Source: Albugo candida (Eukaryota). From it: DNA of 64,000 nt. The stretch lies in NCBI GenBank assembly GCA_040437565.1, contig JBDOQK010000004.1, forward strand, positions 1 to 64,000. The letters run 5' to 3'. The position numbers and the translations under genes were made by a program. Of this stretch, positions 49,692-63,900 are shown in pieces. Each line of letters starts with the position of its first letter. Within the stretch, counting starts at the first letter, position 1. The notes under the pieces were generated by a model. The model saw only the letters and a program-made list of their open reading frames with translations, did not search any database and was not told the DNA's origin.

Positions 49692-52600
49692 ATGCCAAAG
49701 GATCAGATTGTGGCTGGAAGCTTTGTACAACTACTTACCAGCCGCGAGACTGGAAATGTTGTCCAGGTGCGTGAGACCTCCAAGACGTGCGTTGTAAAAA
49801 TGACGCACGATGGATCCTTACGAAAAAACGTGCTGCTGAATGAGGTCAAAGTCCATCGACCTGTAAGCCCCAGCAAGTCGCAAGTCCACACGAATGTCGC
49901 CCTATTCGACAGAGGACAAGCAGTGATGGCGCGATATAAGAAGGGAACACGTTGGTACAAAGGCCGGATCGATCGTATTCATTCCGATACGCCAACGACT
50001 TACGATATCGTGTACGATGATGGCGATGAGGAAGCCCACGTCGCTGAGAACGATCTACAGGCAGTACACAGTGACGAGAGATCGAATCGTAATGACAGAA
50101 CGTACGATCGAGATCAGGAGCCTGCAGAGGATCGATTCCAAGTCGGTGAGAAGGTGAGAGGTCGATTCCACAAAGGAGCAAAATGGTACGACGGAGAGGT
50201 CTCTCGCGTGCGTGTTGATGGAACGTATGACCTCACGTACGAGGACGGCGATCAGGAAGAGCGTGTAGGACACGAATACATTCAGCGACGTCACGAGAAA
50301 AGACCTGAAGTCGCATTAAAGCAAAAGCCTCTGATGTCTCATCTTCGCACGGGATTGAAAGTCGATGTCCGAGACCACGTCAATCATACGCTTCTCCCTG
50401 GGGAGATCCAGTACGTCCATACACTCGAGGAAGCCTGTGACGTGCTTTACGACACTGGGGTTTCCGAGAAATACGTTTCTTTCGATCGCATTCATCTCCA
50501 AGCAAAAGAGATTCAATCATTTCGCTTGGGAGATCGCGTAAAAGCGTATTACGCCAAAGGTGACACTCTGTACCCCGCAGTGATTCTCAAAGTGCATGAG
50601 GACGAGAAGATCGATCTCCAGTACGATGCTGGCGATGTGGAAACACGAGTATCAAGTCGATATGTCGTCAAGTCGATAGAGCAGCCCCCAACGCGCCTGG
50701 AAGCCGTCAAGAGCGAGCACGATCAACCCATCGAGACGGAGACCAAGACACTGATCCCACAAAGACCTGTATCGCCAAAGGATCAAGCACAAGCGACTGG
50801 GACACCGGAAGCTCCAATTCGGGAGTATGTGTTGCTACTGGAACATCTCGCGATGACGGTAATGGATCATCTCCCCAACATCTCTTCCTGACGATCGATT
50901 CCATAGCTTTACGAGCGGAAAGAGATGAAAACCCGACCGCGATTGATATATTTCGACAACAAAGAGCGTGGAAATAGCGATACAAACGCAAGTACGTCGA
51001 ATCATTCGACCGACGACCTCGAGACCTCTATCACTCGGCTCTTTGACGCTCCAATGCTCTCGTCATTTCGTAATCATTTCGCGTCGTACACACCGATCGG
51101 AGACCCGCCTCACGTACCGAAAGAGAAGCTTTTTCACGCGATACAAGACCGCGTAAACAGTGACACAACGACACGACCTGAGATTGATGTGATTCCCATA
51201 CTGACTGAATGGTTCACGCAGCAAGAATCGCTCCGATCGAAGGAGGAATTCCCATTCTCAACGATGATACTGTCTCTCGCGTACGTCAACAATCGAATCG
51301 CCAAACTATCGATCGAAAAGCTTGTCATCTCAACGCTCGGAGGCGTACGATTCGCTTCCAACAAGGAACAGAGTCTCCAGCAGATCCATTTGTGGCAACA
51401 AATGCTCGGAGATCGATTGTATCAGTTGCTACTGCAGAGATTCCTCGCACATTCCGTCCCGAATTGTGATCCGCCTCGCGTGTACGTCAAAGCCGCGACA
51501 TCAATTCTCTCGAGTCTCCAGCCCGAGAATGACGTCGTTCTGCAGGTACGCGACTTGGGGCTGTGCGACTTTGATCTGCTCCATCTATCGGAGTGTTTCT
51601 GCCTCTACGTTCAGCAGTTTGGAGCTCGAAAGCCGTGGAACGAGCGATGCGATACGTTTGCCATTGCGTTGAAATCAATTGCTTTTTTAGCGGCGTTTTT
51701 GTATTTGGAACGCGACGAATGCATTTATTCCCACGGAGAATTAGTACGTCGTTTGTGCGTCGGTCGTACGCCATCTCAAGTGATTCTAATTCTCCAATTT
51801 CGCGATGTTTTCGAATCGTTCCTGCAGGCTTCATCGCCGGCCGTCGCACGCAAAGAAGCGATCGTATCGACGTCCAATCTTCAGTCTCTGAAAACAAGCG
51901 TCTCACACACAACTTCCGGTCTTTTGGAGAGAGATCTCATCGCATTACAACGTCGTGCGCATTCGGTATCGCTGGTGGAGCTTTACGCTTCGTGTGGCTT
52001 CTCTATCGATGCAATCGCAGCCACTCCGACAGTCGCTAACGTCGTCGAACGCCTAAAGCTCCAAATGGGCGATCCAAATGTCGTCGGTGGAATTATAAAC
52101 GTCGTACGAAGTCTGTGTCTCAAGATACTTGGATTTCCAGATCATTCCGCGTATTGGCGCGTTCGTGTCGATACAAAGGCGTTCCATGCGAAAATCGGAC
52201 GATTCCAAGGCGCTGAATGCTTGCTGGAAGCGGTAGGCTTTGTCATATCGACTGATAAGCGCTTTTACGAGCTCAAAGATGCTCGCACGTACTCGTTGGA
52301 TGGCGTCTGCGGACGCGTCAAAGCGCTTCCAGCGATCGTTTTGGAAGACTTACGCATTCGATGCAGTGAGCTCGATACCCAATTGGCGATGCTCGACGGT
52401 GTGGACAGCATTCTATCGATCTTTCGTCGTCTCCAACGCGCTCGATCGACTTGCCAGAAACTCACCGATAACGAGTGTGCACAGACACTGAAATTCCTTC
52501 TTTTGTACGTGGAGAACGCATTGGAATGTCTCGAGGATCCATCGCGTTGGCGCATACGAAAGAATAATTCTCTATTCCGCAGACAAATTGGCCGATTCGA

Positions 52601-54902
52601 GGAGCCATTTGCCGACGATCTGATGGCTGTGATCGGATTCCATTTGAATGATTCCGAACGAGATCCAACGTACGTTCTTTGTGGGTCCAATGGGAAGCAT
52701 CGACTCGATGTCCACGTCGAATGGTTTCTATGGCGAAGACGTCANNNNNNNNNNNNNNNNNNNNNNNNNNNNNNNNNNNNNNNNNNNNNNNNNNNNNNNN
52801 NNNNNNNNNNNNNNNNNNNNNNNNNNNNNNNNNNNNNNNNNNNNCGCGTATTGGCGCGTTCGTGTCGATACAAAGGCGTTCCATGCGAAAATCGGACGAT
52901 TCCAAGGCGCCGAATGCTTGCTGGAAGCGGTAGGCTTTGTCGTATCGACCGATGCGCGCTTTTACGAGCTCAAACATGCTCGCACGTACTCGTCGGATGG
53001 CGTCTGCGGACGCGTGAAAGCGCTTCCAGCGATCGTTTTGGAAGACTTACGCGTTCGATGCAGTGAGCTCGATACCCAATTGGCGATGCTCGACGGTGTG
53101 GACAGCATTCTATCGATCTTTCGTCGTCTCCAACGCGCTCGATCGACTTGCGGGAAACTCACCGATAACGAGTGTGCACAGACGCTGAAATTCCTTCTTT
53201 CGTACGTGGAGAACGCATTGGAATGTCTCGAGGATCCATCGCGATGGCGCATACGAAAGAATAATTCGCTATTCCGTCGACAAATTGGCCGATTCGAGGA
53301 GCCATTTGCCGACGATCTGATGGCTGTGATCGGATTCCATTTGAATGATTCCGAACGAGATCCAGCGTACGTTCTTTGTGGGTCAAATGGGAAGCATCGA
53401 CTCGATGTCCAAGTCGAATGGTTTCTATGGCGCAGACGTCAGGAGCTTCAGGCCGTACAGAGCGACAACATCGTTTGGCTACGGGAGACACTCCAACTCG
53501 CAACGACGCAAATGAGCGCGGAAAAGCCTACCGATACGATCGCTTCGTCGTCGTTCCTCCAACAACAACAATTGTCAATGCTTTCAGAGCTTTTCCACCG
53601 AATAAGTGNNNNNNNNNNNNNNNNNNNNNNNNNNNNNNNNNNNNNNNNNNNNNNNNNNNNNNNNNNNNNNNNNNNNNNNNNNNNNNNNNNNNNNNNNNNN
53701 NNNNNNNNGAGCTTCAGGCCGTACAGAGCGACGACATCGTTTGGCTACGGGAGACACTCCAACTCGCAACGACGCATACGAACGCGGAAAAGCCTACCGA
53801 TACGATCGCTTCGTCGTCGTTCCTCCAACAACAACAATTGTCAATGCTTTCGGAGCTTTTCCACCGAATAAGTGATACGAAAACGATTTCGTATGAGACT
53901 TTGGAACGAGCGATTAGAACTGAATCAAAAGTATCGATTCCTTTGAATGTATCGCGTGTATGGCTTTCTCCGTTGGCATTTGATTCCAATTGTGACGGAA
54001 CCATTGACGAAATTGATTTTCAAAAGGCATTTGGCGTCTTACTTTGTGAGCCATTCGAATGCATCACTTGCGATACTTTGGAGCGGAATATCGTCACAGG
54101 AAAACGCTTTGTCTACACGCAGAAACTCAGTCTTCCGAATGCGATCGCGGAGCTTGTCGGAAAGCTTCGAATCCGTTTCAAGTTCGAGGACGCGTACCTG
54201 TCACTGCTCCTTCTGAATGACATTGCTGTGCGCATTCTCGAAAACCCCAAAAAGCCTCATCTTTGGTGGCAACTCGAAGAACGCAAACAGATCGCTCGAT
54301 GCGATACCGCTGGAAAGTATCATTTTCTCTTGCGATTTCCAGCGGGAAGGAGTCTGATAGCGCTGCTGGGGTACGAGGCTTTCCACCAAGACTCGACGAT
54401 CACTTACTGGCGATTTGCGCGCATCCATCGAGCGATACGCAGTAGAGTTGGGTCTTTATTGGGTAAGGAAGTCGCTCGTGTCGATATCTTTGCATCGATT
54501 CTCCAGCAACATCTCCGCGTGATGTACTTTGCCGATCATTTGAGTGATGTGAATGCAGTCGCTCGAGGAATTGTCAGCGGTGTGCGTGGCAAACGGTATC
54601 GACGAATGCTGGAAATCCTTCTTCGCTGTGTCGATAACATCCTCGACGACTCGGAAGCAACGACACGTGCATACCGACAGATACACACCGCTTCACGTGC
54701 GTTTGAAAAGTACATTGGCAGTGTGAGAGGCGGAATGGCATTGTTCCAATACGTCGGCTTCCGTACGACTCGAGAGAAGACCTCGATCCTCGAGGTTCCA
54801 GACGATGTGACGCATTCGATGCTGCGTCGACGAAGACTGGAAGTATTGGTCGCGTACAAGCTATTGGAGCTCACAGAAGAAGAAGCAACAGAGTCAATGT
54901 AA
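49692..54902 (+). CDS. Tandem Tudor-like + multiple PUB + EF-hand protein (about 1400 aa after removing redundant contig)
   Basis: Four F..G..V.A.Y....WY.G.I......TYDI.YDDGD.E repeats; intron 50859-50906 joins the two ORFs in frame; four PUB-like segments ending LEAVGF, MAVIGF, IALLGY and FQYVGF; DSNCDGTIDEIDF EF-hand. Confidence 0.82.
52845..53608 (+). repeat. Redundant divergent contig (alternative haplotype or paralogue) between two gaps
   Basis: Overlaps 52148-52744 and 53709-53874 with about 26 substitutions in total. Confidence 0.85.
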
Positions 54903-54964
54903 AGGCCAATGTATGACGATATCATTCTGCCATCTACACGATTCGAATCGCTTCAGAAATGAGC

Positions 54965-57900
54965 TTATCGCCGGAGATCATTGACATATCGAACGCTGAG
55001 GTATATCTTTGCATGAGAGTCGCTATCGATGAGATCGAATGCGATCGGTTTCGGGTCTAATGACAGCTGCACAGAGGCTGTATCTCCCGTCTCTCTCAAT
55101 GTCTGCATTCCACGCACGTAATCATCATCGCCTTGTTCGTCCTCTTGCTCACTTTCATCCTGGAAGACACTGGCAGCGGTGGTCTTTTTCAATCGTTGTC
55201 GCCAATGATCGTCACGCATCTCCAAGGACGCTCCCGAATGAAGTGCTAAATCCTTCAGAATACTTCCCGGATATCGCTTCCGTTTCTTCATATTGAGACG
55301 AGCTTTGGCGTCTTGTAACACTTTGGCTGGAACCTCATCGAAATCGCGATAGATATCGTCCATTCGAAGATGAAGTACACCCAATCGTTTCTTTGGCAGC
55401 GGCTTTCGTTTGTGGTACACAATGATCTCAAAGTGCGTGCTGGCAGACCCGATACTGATGAGCCACGATTGATCGAATTTGGGATCGCCTGTGTGATGGA
55501 GCGTCGATGTTTTGTACTCGCCGACCTGGCGGACTTGTCGCTCGGTGGAGACGCACGACAGCTCGATATTGGAGCTCGATGTCCGTAAGAAGCTGTCGGA
55601 TTCGTTGGTATCGTTCATTTCTTCAAAGACTTTGATAACGACTTTAGGATTTGAATGTGGTCCGAGTCCTTCGACCGATAACACGTGCATTTCGACTTGT
55701 GTGATGACAACGGAATCCGAAAGAGGTTTCAATGGATTCTCACTGAGATTTCGCGCTGGACGTCGTGTGCCGTCGTACTCTTTTTCATCCAACAAATGCG
55801 TTGTGTTGTTTACCGATTGAGAGAATTTTTCCACAGCGCCTAATGTGCCGACAATCGGGCAAGCGACCAGTTGAAGTGTACCGAATCCCATCCCTTTTGC
55901 AAAGCCTTTGAATCCGTTCTCACGTGCTCCACGTACGGGCTGTCCGACAAAACCCGAGACTCCATGCGCCAGAGACTTTGTAAAGACAATTCCGCCCTGT
56001 AAGATCCCTTCAGGAACATGTCGAGGCTCCTCGGGCTCTTCCTGGCTTTGAAATCGTGTCGCCTTCTTCAGGAGATCGCCCAAGCCGTTGGATACTTTAC
56101 CGATCGATTTGGAAGGAGCTCCGACAACCGTTTGCGCTAAAATCAATGCACTTTCACCTTTCCGTCGACTTTTTCCACGAACATCGCGTTTCAATTGCCG
56201 GGCTGCCAGTGCGAATCCGTCGACGATATCGGTCGCCAAGCCCACAGGATCGCCGAGAAACTCGACACTGCCAACGATTTTGTACCATTGCCCCAAGACC
56301 GAGTACACAATGCTCCAAATGACTGCGTACATGAGATCGTATTCGTAAAAGAATCGATTCTCATACACTAATTCCGAGAACGAGATATCGGGCGTCACGT
56401 GCGCGATACCGCCGATAATGCTTCCCAATGTGCTTCCCAGAAAGTAGGAGATCCCTTCTCCACGCTCTTCCTGGACGGAATCAAAGACGAGATGAAAGTT
56501 GAACGCACTCAATCGCCAGTGGCGAAAGTACATGAGCAATCCTTGCGTATTGATCGGTTCCGGGTAGCCGAGTGTTAGATCCAATTTCGCGTTCTTCTCA
56601 TCGATTCCGTATTGGAGTTTCGTCGCTTCATCGTTCCCGGGGATAAACGATGCCAGAAGATTCCCAACTGTGATCACATACTCGAGATTTATATTCGCTT
56701 TGATCGAATGAAGTTCCATGTCAAAGTCGTCGATGATCGGAAGCCCCGTCTGTGGCGCAGTGACGACTTTCAACGTGAAAAAAGGCCGTTCTCCGTCCTC
56801 CGGCATCCATCCTTCCATCTTATCGCTATTAAACCCGGAATCCAATGGCGCAAGGACCACAGGATACTGAGCAGTCGATGTCATATCGTCGATTTGAATG
56901 TGATGTAATGAGACACAAAGTGCCCGTGTCCCTGCCTTTGACTCAATTCGGATCGTTTCCATTGTGAAATTCAAAACTTCGCGAGGTACCGAGTCGACAA
57001 TGGACATACCGACGCCATGGAGCGCGAAATCAATCAGAAGATCGGTCAACCAGTCATCAAAAATCGCTTTTTGACGGACAAGATTGTAGCTCATCGTGTC
57101 TCCGACCGCAAAAACTCGCGTTGTGCCGTCGATATACACTTCTCCGTAGAGATTTTCCATTGTCATTCCTTTGACGACACCAATTTGCATGAAATCGACA
57201 TCCGTTGGAATTTTCCATTTCGATGGATACATTCGAAGTTTTAATTCCGATACAAACGGATCCGACCACACGTACGAATGCGCCATTAACGGGCTCAGTA
57301 TCATCTCATCGACGTCTCGAACGCCGGCTTGGAAGTATCGTATCGCATGTCGAGTCGATCGGTTCTCGATGCGGTAACGAGGTGTCTTGGAGATGTCTTC
57401 TACCACCGCATACAGCGTCTCCTGCGTGTTCCGAAAGCTCACACTGCATGCAGGAGCGTCTTCCAAAGGTCCACGCGTCCAGAAATTCACTTCACTCACA
57501 TCCACCGCCCACGGAATTGGCGGACTCCATGGCCCCAAATCTTTCCAAAGCGTATCGATCATCGCGTCTCGCAGTTGTATGCCCGCATGAACCTTTTCGG
57601 GTCCTACAAAACGATACACCTGAAGAGCTTCATCCTTGTCCAACGATACGATACTCTGCTGCTCTTTCCTGCTGAAATGTGTGTGACTTCGTTTCCGTCG
57701 CTTGTCCAACATCAGTGGCATCGCATCAAGTCGTCGTGGAACGCGAGAAATCAGCACATAACGAGGCGATAGGATACATATTTTCGATCGAAAGAATTGG
57801 CGTGGGGCTGCTTGCACTTGAAACGCGAGGACGAATGAAGAAGATCCGCTGGAAGCATTGGAATGTACTTCCCCCACCGTGCCGACATTCGATATGTCAC

Positions 57901-60900
57901 AGGCTTCCGACCACCCGACTTTATCGAATCGTGGGCTTACTTTCTTGACCGCTTTGATGCGTGCCGACTCGGGAAGGTCTTGTTCAAATGCTGGTGGAGT
58001 TTCCTGATACGGTTTGACGGTGAGCATGGAACGTGCAAGCGGTCCTGTGGCCATTATGGGGATACCCATCGCTTTATCTCCGCTTCCAAAGTACGTTCGA
58101 TGGTCTTCGGTGGAGCACGAATATCCTTTGTGGATGTGATATTCCAAGTCCAAACCACATCGATTTTGGATCCAAAATGGCGCGTACATTACGACTCGAC
58201 GCGGATGCTCTCTCTCTTCATGTTGGAATCGAACAACGATCCCGGGACCCTGAGCCATTCGTAGTTCGATCTCTTTCGTATTCGCCGCAGAAGCACACGT
58301 ATTGTGCCGCATCGCATCCAAATGAATAAGTAATGGAGCACTCCATGAGCTCTTCTTTGCAGGCTCAATGGTGTTGGCACAAAGACGGATTTTCATCAAC
58401 GCTGTTTGCTCGAGATCTAATCCAAAGACCTCCATATTCTGCCCGCTTTCCAGGTACATTCGACGAGCATTCACTTGCGTCACGTACGAGAAATAATCGA
58501 TCGGATTGCTACTGGCGTCCGATTTCGCAAAGTGTATAGCGCCAGAACGGAATTGCTTATGACGATCGAGCACGTCTTCGGGGCAATCTCTCGGCTGTAC
58601 AATCGCGTATTCGATCGCACAGGGTAGAACATTCTCCATCAAAAGCTGTGGCTGAATTTGAATCAGCCAAGTGCCAAGCCGCGAGTCGTTGAATGCAGCT
58701 TTTTCCACGACCACAGTTGGCTGATCGTCGATGATGGCGCTCGATGGGTACGTTCGTTCCGTTCCAATCTGTCCAGAAGCCTGTACGACTTCCGCTGTCG
58801 ATGGTGCGATCATGGTGTCCCCCATAGCTCGAGCAATTCGATCCGCACTTTTCACTGCCGGTCGTCCTTGACCGCGTTGCGCCTTTTGCACTTCCTTTTG
58901 TTCAAAGCTCGTAAACTGCTTATAAAGTCTTTGCTCTTTGACCGATAGCGGCAGACGATTACTCCATTCTGTCTCTCCGACCTGCCGAATCGCAAAGGAA
59001 CCAACTTCAGCGAGGTTGAGAGGAATACAGAGTTCTCCATGAGGTGGTAGGACGCAATATCGTTCGTCGATTCCGCCATTTTCATTGGAAATATCGGCAT
59101 CGAATAGCGATAAAGGATTCTCATCGCGTTGGTGCGTGTTTCGACTTGCAATTTGACCATTTTCATCGTACAAAATGCATTGTGTCTCCTTCGCCGTTCC
59201 ATTTCGAATGGATCCGGCACCAGACACACAAACTTGCAAGCCGGAAAAGTGGTCAATGACGATGTTCACTGCGACGAGAAGCGGAAGGTACAGTCGACGA
59301 CATTCTTGGTAGTACGAGTCGATCCATTCATACGAAGCATCGAGCTCTTTGACGCGATGGAGACACGCGAATGCGCGCTCTAAATCGCTTTTCGATGGAT
59401 CTTCGAGACTCACAAGGAGCATGACGCCTTCACGATATAATTTCTCGATAGCGAGCTCATTCTCAATGTCTTCAAAGCGTTTTGTCAGCTCGTACACTTG
59501 CGTCTGCCCCACAGCGACAAGCGGAATCTTGTGAATTGGTTGGAAGCCTTCGATTTCCAAAGAGATATATCGATCGGCGATCGCTCGACTCTTTGCAATT
59601 GCGACTTTGAATTCCTCCCATGACACTTGACCCGACATATCAGTGTCCGCGAGGGCCATAAAGTCGTCCACTGCGCGTGTCAGATCGCCTTCAAAATCGT
59701 CTTTGCTCACTGTTCGTCCACGTGCAAACATTGACGCGCCACCGGTCTCATCGTTCTCAAAGACTTGACGGAGTACATTTCGTACTTCACTGGCTTCCAG
59801 CTCTCCACTTCCATCGATATCGGCGTTCCGAAATGCTTGTCGAAGGTACTTTTCCTTCATATTTTGCTGTTCGTACGCTTTGTGGTCTTCTTCCACTTTA
59901 AGCAGCTTGCAGGCGTGTGCTCCGTCAGGCGGTACAACCGCTAGTTGAGACACAATTTCGGTTTGTTTGGAGGTAGTGGCGGGTACCTTTACGTCCTGAT
60001 TTCGCTTCTCGACAACGACGTAGTACTTGAGAAGCATTCCCGACTCATTCAGCATCCAGAACAGACCTCCTTCTTCCTTGATGTGCGATCGTTGACGTTC
60101 TTTCACCTTCTCTATCGAGTAGAAAGAAGCCAATGTCGTATTGACCACATGCACAAACGCTGACGTCAAATTGAGCTGAAAGTATCGATCTGAAGTATAC
60201 AAAAGCTCCGTGGAAGCTTCGACCTGCTTACAAACGTCCAAAGTTCCGTGGTAATACTCCAAGAACGGCTCTACTTGACGCGCATTGATGTTGTAATACT
60301 TTGCATACACATCGAAACTGAGTCTTCCGACGCCATAATTATGAGCGTGCGCACGGGAACTCGAGCCCAACGTCGGAGCGTCCTGCCCCGCGGATAGATC
60401 GCCTTCCCACATGCACAGATTCCCGTACATAGCGAGTTCTTCCAACGATACCTCCATAGCCGGTGTCCCCAGCGGTAACATGTCGTCAATGAGGCGGAAG
60501 TAGAACCCACCAAATGAAGTCGACATCATTGTCTTTATAAACATTCGTTTCGCATCCTCAGGAACCAAATTGTCGATTTGTATATCAGCGGCTTTCAGGT
60601 CGTCTTTATCGTCAAAACTCGACAACAGCTCGTCAATGACATTGGTTCTGCCTCCCATTTCCATCTCTTTGATCAGAAGCCAATCGGACCGTTCTCCGGG
60701 TCGAACTAACGCGGGATTCACGAGTCGACGCCACGCTTCCTGTGCGTACTCGTAGTTTTTGAATATGCGCACCATTTTCTTCTGAACTGTGATGGCCGAT
60801 TGTCCATTCAAACTCGACTCGGAGCAGTTTGTCTGCGTTGTGTATGTGTCCCAGAAGGCTTTCAGCGCTGTTATGTTGGCAAAGGTCTTTGCATGCTGCG

Positions 60901-63900
60901 AAACTTGAGCTTGTTCTTCGTCGATTGGGTAGGGAACATGTCGACGCTGAAAGTCCGGGTGGACGTACTCGCCGCCGGTAAGCGTGACGACGCCATAATG
61001 CAAGGAAGCGTATGCGATTTTCTCGCGACTTAATGCAGCTCCAAACTCTTCCGAAGAGATATCGCCACTTTGATCGCGATCCACAATGGAGATAAAGTCT
61101 CTTACTGTGGCTTCAAATTCGTCTTTTGTCAGTTGATTGCAATTCGTAACACTTTGAAGCAACGATCGGACTTCGTCAGCGTCCAAAGAGCCTCCTTTAT
61201 CGACATCACGAGCATCAAAGGCTTTCTTGAGACGTTCCATGTACCGGTCTTCTTCGAGTCGTTTGCGTGCTTGATCCACGCGATGTTGGCGTTCATGTCG
61301 TTCCGATACGACCGCTTGATCTTCTTTCATGGAATCATGCAACGACGATAGAATGCTGATAAAGACCCCCAGGTCATTTGGTGCGAGATTTAGTGCGAAA
61401 TCCGACATATTGAGTACGAGTTTACGTCGAGCTTGAGGCTTCTTATGTTCTTCTCGANNNNNNNNNNNNNNNNNNNNNNNNNNNNNNNNNNNNNNNNNNN
61501 NNNNNNNNNNNNNNNNNNNNNNNNNNNNNNNNNNNNNNNNNNNNNNNNNNNNNNNNNATACGACCGCTTGATCTTCTTTCATGGAATCATGCAACGACGA
61601 TAGAATGCTGATAAAGACCCCCAGGTCATTTGGTGCGAGATTTAGTGCGAAATCCGACATATTGAGTACGAGTTTACGTCGAGCTTGAGGCTTCTTATGT
61701 TCTTCTCGAGACGCAAGAGCGATCGCTGACTCGAGTTTACGTGCTTCGGGATGATCTACTTCGACGATTTGCTTCTTGATCGCGGCTGATTGTGCTACTT
61801 TCCACAGCTTCTCCGATGTCTTGGACGTCGAGGATGCCATCGAGTTGTCTCGAGCCACTTGTGATCGAGACAACGCCAAAGTACCCAATGCCAAGGAATA
61901 GCCAATTTCAAGATCGACTCCTTCTCCTTCCAGCTCCATGATTGTTCCACCTGTCTTCATATCGAGACTCAATCCGTCGTCAAAGATCATCACGGAACAC
62001 GGCTGTAACGCGACGTCGGCAAACTCCAAATTGGCAGCTTCGTGGCGCTTGGAGCCTGCAATTTTGATATGCATATCGGAAGTCAGTGCCAAGACGTGAG
62101 ACTTGAGTGTGGTGGAGTCTCCGACCAAACAGAGTTCGCATCCTTTGATCGATATAATTCCTTGGAGAAGAAGACCGCCGAGTAACATTGGAGAGTACTC
62201 TTGTGGGATCTCTTCGACGTACACTGGCGTTTTTTGTAGATATTCTTCTGGAGCCATTGGTGGCTTGGATGCCTCGGTTTCCAGGTAGCGGAGTTGAGTG
62301 CTTTCATCTTCTTCTGTAGCCGGTAAAAACAAGTGGACGACTGATAGCAATGGACCGAATACGATCAGTACCGAGAAATCACGCAATTGGACATCCAAAT
62401 GCATCATTCCGCTGGCACGTTGCGTGTAGGAGAGTGTCATCATTTGGTCACATTCCAAATTACGATCCAGTAAGCGAGTGAATACATTTGTGCGGCTATT
62501 TCGACAATCCAAAAGCCCAAATCGTTTGACTGTGATGTGACTTTCCATAGAGATTCTCTCATCCTGTAGCTGTCTCATTGACATGGCGAACGCGATGCTT
62601 ACATTCTCTGAGAAGACTTGCAACACTGGTGACGGCTTTCCATCGTACAGCGCGTCCATTGACACGTGATTCAGGCACAAGACGAGTTCGATTTGATCCA
62701 TTAGAGGTGTTGCTAGCGGCATATCGGGCTCATACTCGCGCAAATCGGTGCTCGTGGATGAGAATTTGAGTAGGTCTTTCTTCTTTTTGAGTTCGGGTTC
62801 GATGAATTGCAGTGGCTTTCCGCCAGTGGGAACACGCCATTGTAAAGCTTCTGATCGCAAATATAACAAAGAGGACGCTAGGATACGTGATTCCAGCTCG
62901 TTTATGCGATTTTTACGCTGTGTCACGTCTTCTTTGTTGGTTTGTGTTATGTACAGACGACGTAGAAAATTGGTATTTTGGTCGAAATCCCATTGTGCAA
63001 CAAACAGCGTTTTGTATTCTTCGTGTTCTTCTGGCGACACATCCACGCAAGACAGCTGATCGTCGACTTGGGCGTGTTGATTCCAGTCGTAATAGAGGCC
63101 GATAGGCCGTAATAAGGTCCACAACAGAGCCAATTGCGCCGGTCGAAGCTGTAAAGTGACATTGTCAAAAGTGATTGCGATTGAAAGTGTGCTCTTTTCG
63201 TTCAAATTGCTGCTGGAACAAGTCTTCGCGTAATGGACTGTTTTCTCGCCTTCGAATGTCGGCAGTAAAGACTCTGTCGCCACAGGAGCGACAATGCCAT
63301 TATCAGGTCGAAAAAGCATCCCTTGTAGCACAGCTGGCATCGATACAACGACTTGCAAAGAAACAGGTTTGATCAAATGAGCTTCAGCCAATTTTTCGGG
63401 TTGTGCGTTGACTTCCATTGCGAAATTGACCACACGAATTGTCCGTTGTCGCATGAAATCGATTTGGTCGGTGTCCATTTTCAACTTTTCCGTCTCCGTG
63501 CTTGTGACTTTGTCAGAATGTCTTGCAGCCGCTCCAATTTCAAACATTTGTACCCGAAAACCGAGACTTTGTGATTTTTGAAAGACGTTTGAAGAAAGCA
63601 GAATGTGATTCACACGCATTTCAAAGGCGTCAATGACGGTATCAATAAGTCGTTGCCACATTGGACGGCTGGAATTGTCGCTGGGAGCTTTGGAGGCCTG
63701 GGCTGTGAGGCCTTTCTTCTTGAGCTCTTTTCGGATCGAATTTAGCTCTTTCAACCGATTTGAAGCGATTACTGTCATGTTATAAGCACTTGCGATTCGA
63801 TTGGCTGCTGCTTGCTTCACTGAATCCTTTCTACGAGCGTCATTTTCCTCTCGAGACCAAACCCATTTTTCCGGGTCGTTCCAAAGTAATCCGACTTGAA

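Noticed and set aside
61305-61710. Internal 50-aa repeat in VPS13
   Set aside because: Identical sequence flanking the gap; the frame is kept only by coincidence of lengths
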